Part shown: in pieces, positions 62,368 to 64,000 of the stretch
Layout of the letters: each line of letters opens with the position of its first letter
Position numbering within the stretch: the stretch's first letter is position 1
Origin: Octopus sinensis
Taxonomy: Eukaryota
NCBI RefSeq assembly: GCF_006345805.1
Contig: NC_043016.1
Span: forward strand, 16,864,001 to 16,928,000
Direction: 5' to 3'
DNA: 64,000 bases
Program-made: the position numbers and the translations under genes
The notes under the pieces: model-generated
What the model was told of the DNA's origin: nothing
Database searches by the model: none
Seen by the model: the letters and a program-made list of their open reading frames with translations, nothing else

Positions 62368-62900
62368 ACATCATCATTTAACATCCATTTTTCATGCATG
62401 CATGGGTGGGACAGTCCACAGGAGCTGGCCAGGTAGAAAAACTACCTTAGGCTGCTCTGTTTTGGCAGGGATTTTAAGGCTGATGCACTCCTAACACCAA
62501 CCCCTTTGCAGATTGGACTCAGTGCTTTCTACGTGGCACTAGCACAGGTGAGGTCAGTTTTGGTATGATTTTTACTGCTGGATGTCTTTCCAAATGTCAA
62601 CCATGTTACAGTGTGGACTGGATGCTTTTTACATGGCTCCAGCACTGGTGGGGTCACCAAGTAACTTGCAAGACAAGGAATTATGAGAGGGCCGGGGGGG
62701 CATTTGAGGAGAGGAACTCATGTCAGAGGATGAAAGGTTAGAGTGTGACAGAGAGTCAGAGCAGCAGAAACAAATGTCTTGCTACAACAGAGGGGTTTTT
62801 GAAGGAGTTGATCATGTATCAATTGATGAAAGGTTAGAGTGTGACAGAAAAGTAAGGAGGCAGAAACAGGTGTCTTGCTATAGAGCAGGTACATGGTTAC
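62368..62900 (-). mobile_element. RTE-type 3' UTR variant
   Basis: catcatcatttaacatcc..catgcatgggtggg head on the plus strand; two ~100-bp direct repeats at ~62720 and ~62815. Confidence 0.6.
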
Positions 62901-62906
62901 CTAACG

Positions 62907-62954
<48 letters not shown>

Positions 62955-62999
62955 TAGGAAACAGCAAAAGTGTAAGAGAGTGCAGGAGAGAGATGGTAA

Positions 63000-63350
63000 A
63001 GTGCCAGGGTATGTTTAGAGATAACAAGGATCAGAGCATAGATGTGATGGTAGAGTAAAGTCTTTTCTTTATTATGAAGGTTGTAATATGCATGGTCAGA
63101 TGTTGCCAAGCAGGTGCAAGTAGGGACTGGGGTTTGTAGTGACTGGTAAAAATCTGGGTAGAGTGCAGTGAGGGCAGGTAACGGGATTGGAAGACAATCA
63201 TAGTTTATGAGGAGGAAATGTGAGGAAGAAGAAAGATGCTGTTTAGAAGAGGATATGTAATTCAGTTTCTTGGGGGTCAGGTGTGTGAAAAGTTTGTTGC
63301 TACATGTGGGTGGGACACAACATTTCTAGCATTCAGTTTCACTGATGTGG
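63000..63350 (-). mobile_element. Possible PLE 3' end
   Basis: Minus strand LFTHLTPKKLN resembles the L..L.P.GLN end of PLE GIY-YIG ORFs. Confidence 0.4.
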
Positions 63351-63354
63351 GCAG

Positions 63355-63935
63355 GTCTTCACTAGAACCACAAATCACCAAACGTCATGGTCCATTTCCT
63401 CCATGAACACCGACGTCCTAAAATCAGTCCCCTTCACTTCATCCCATGTCTTCCTGGGTCTCCCTCTTCCACAGACACCATCCACTTTCAGTGACAGGCA
63501 CTTCTATATACAACTGTCTTCACTCATAAGCATCTCATGTTCAAACCAATGAATTCTACTCTCCTGCAGACCCCATTTAATCCCTCTTATGCCTAACTTT
63601 TCTCTCAACACAGTTGTACTTTGCCAGTCATGCACATCCAGCAGAGCCTGCTTGCTTCATTCCTCTCCAGTCTATGCATGTCATCTGTAGTCAGAGCCCA
63701 TGTCTCACCTCCATGTAATATAGCTGTACTCACAAACATCATACAATCTACCTTATACTCTGAGAGAGAGAGAGAGAGTCCTTTTGTTGCCAACAGAGGT
63801 AGTAGTTCTTTGAACTTCCTCCATCCTATTCTTCTTCTAGAAACAATACTTTCAGAGCATCCACCACCTTGGCTAATTTGGTCACCCAAATAGCAGAAAC
63901 TATCTACTACCTCAAGAGAGCCTCTTGGGCACACA
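63355..63935 (-). mobile_element. RTE-clade LINE, C-terminal fragment
   Basis: DSFCYLGDQISQGGGCSESI..WRKFKELLPLL..LERNEAS (ORF 63605-63985). Confidence 0.85.
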
Positions 63936-64000
63936 GAAGATCTTATGTCTGTGTGTGTGTATATATATATATACATTGTGTACACCTTATGTGTGTGTGT

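Overview
No host protein-coding gene, rRNA, true tRNA or CRISPR array can be supported in this window. It is AT-rich, microsatellite-saturated animal DNA made almost entirely of nested, decayed transposable elements. The SINE/LINE repertoire resembles a coleoid cephalopod (Octopus); this is an inference from recalled repeat families, not a database hit. Recognisable elements are CR1-group LINEs, two kinds of RTE-clade LINE, Penelope-like elements (PLE; RT plus GIY-YIG), tRNA-derived SINEs, several Helitrons (Rep/PIF1 fragments and a complete non-autonomous copy), a pogo, a DD37D maT element, a mariner, a FLYWCH-MULE with a 9-bp TSD, a hAT and MITEs. The most unusual signal is a set of type I hammerhead-ribozyme motifs from several dissimilar AT-rich repeat families. 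Three are complete or nearly so (25199-25291, 29384-29519, 53369-53424); two of these have the 8-bp palindromic stem III typical of dimer-acting PLE hammerheads. They repeatedly sit inside fold-back inverted duplications whose mirror arm lies on the 5' side of the ribozyme strand, usually against a (TA)n tract. All alignments and folds were done by eye, and element boundaries are approximate unless a TIR or TSD is quoted.
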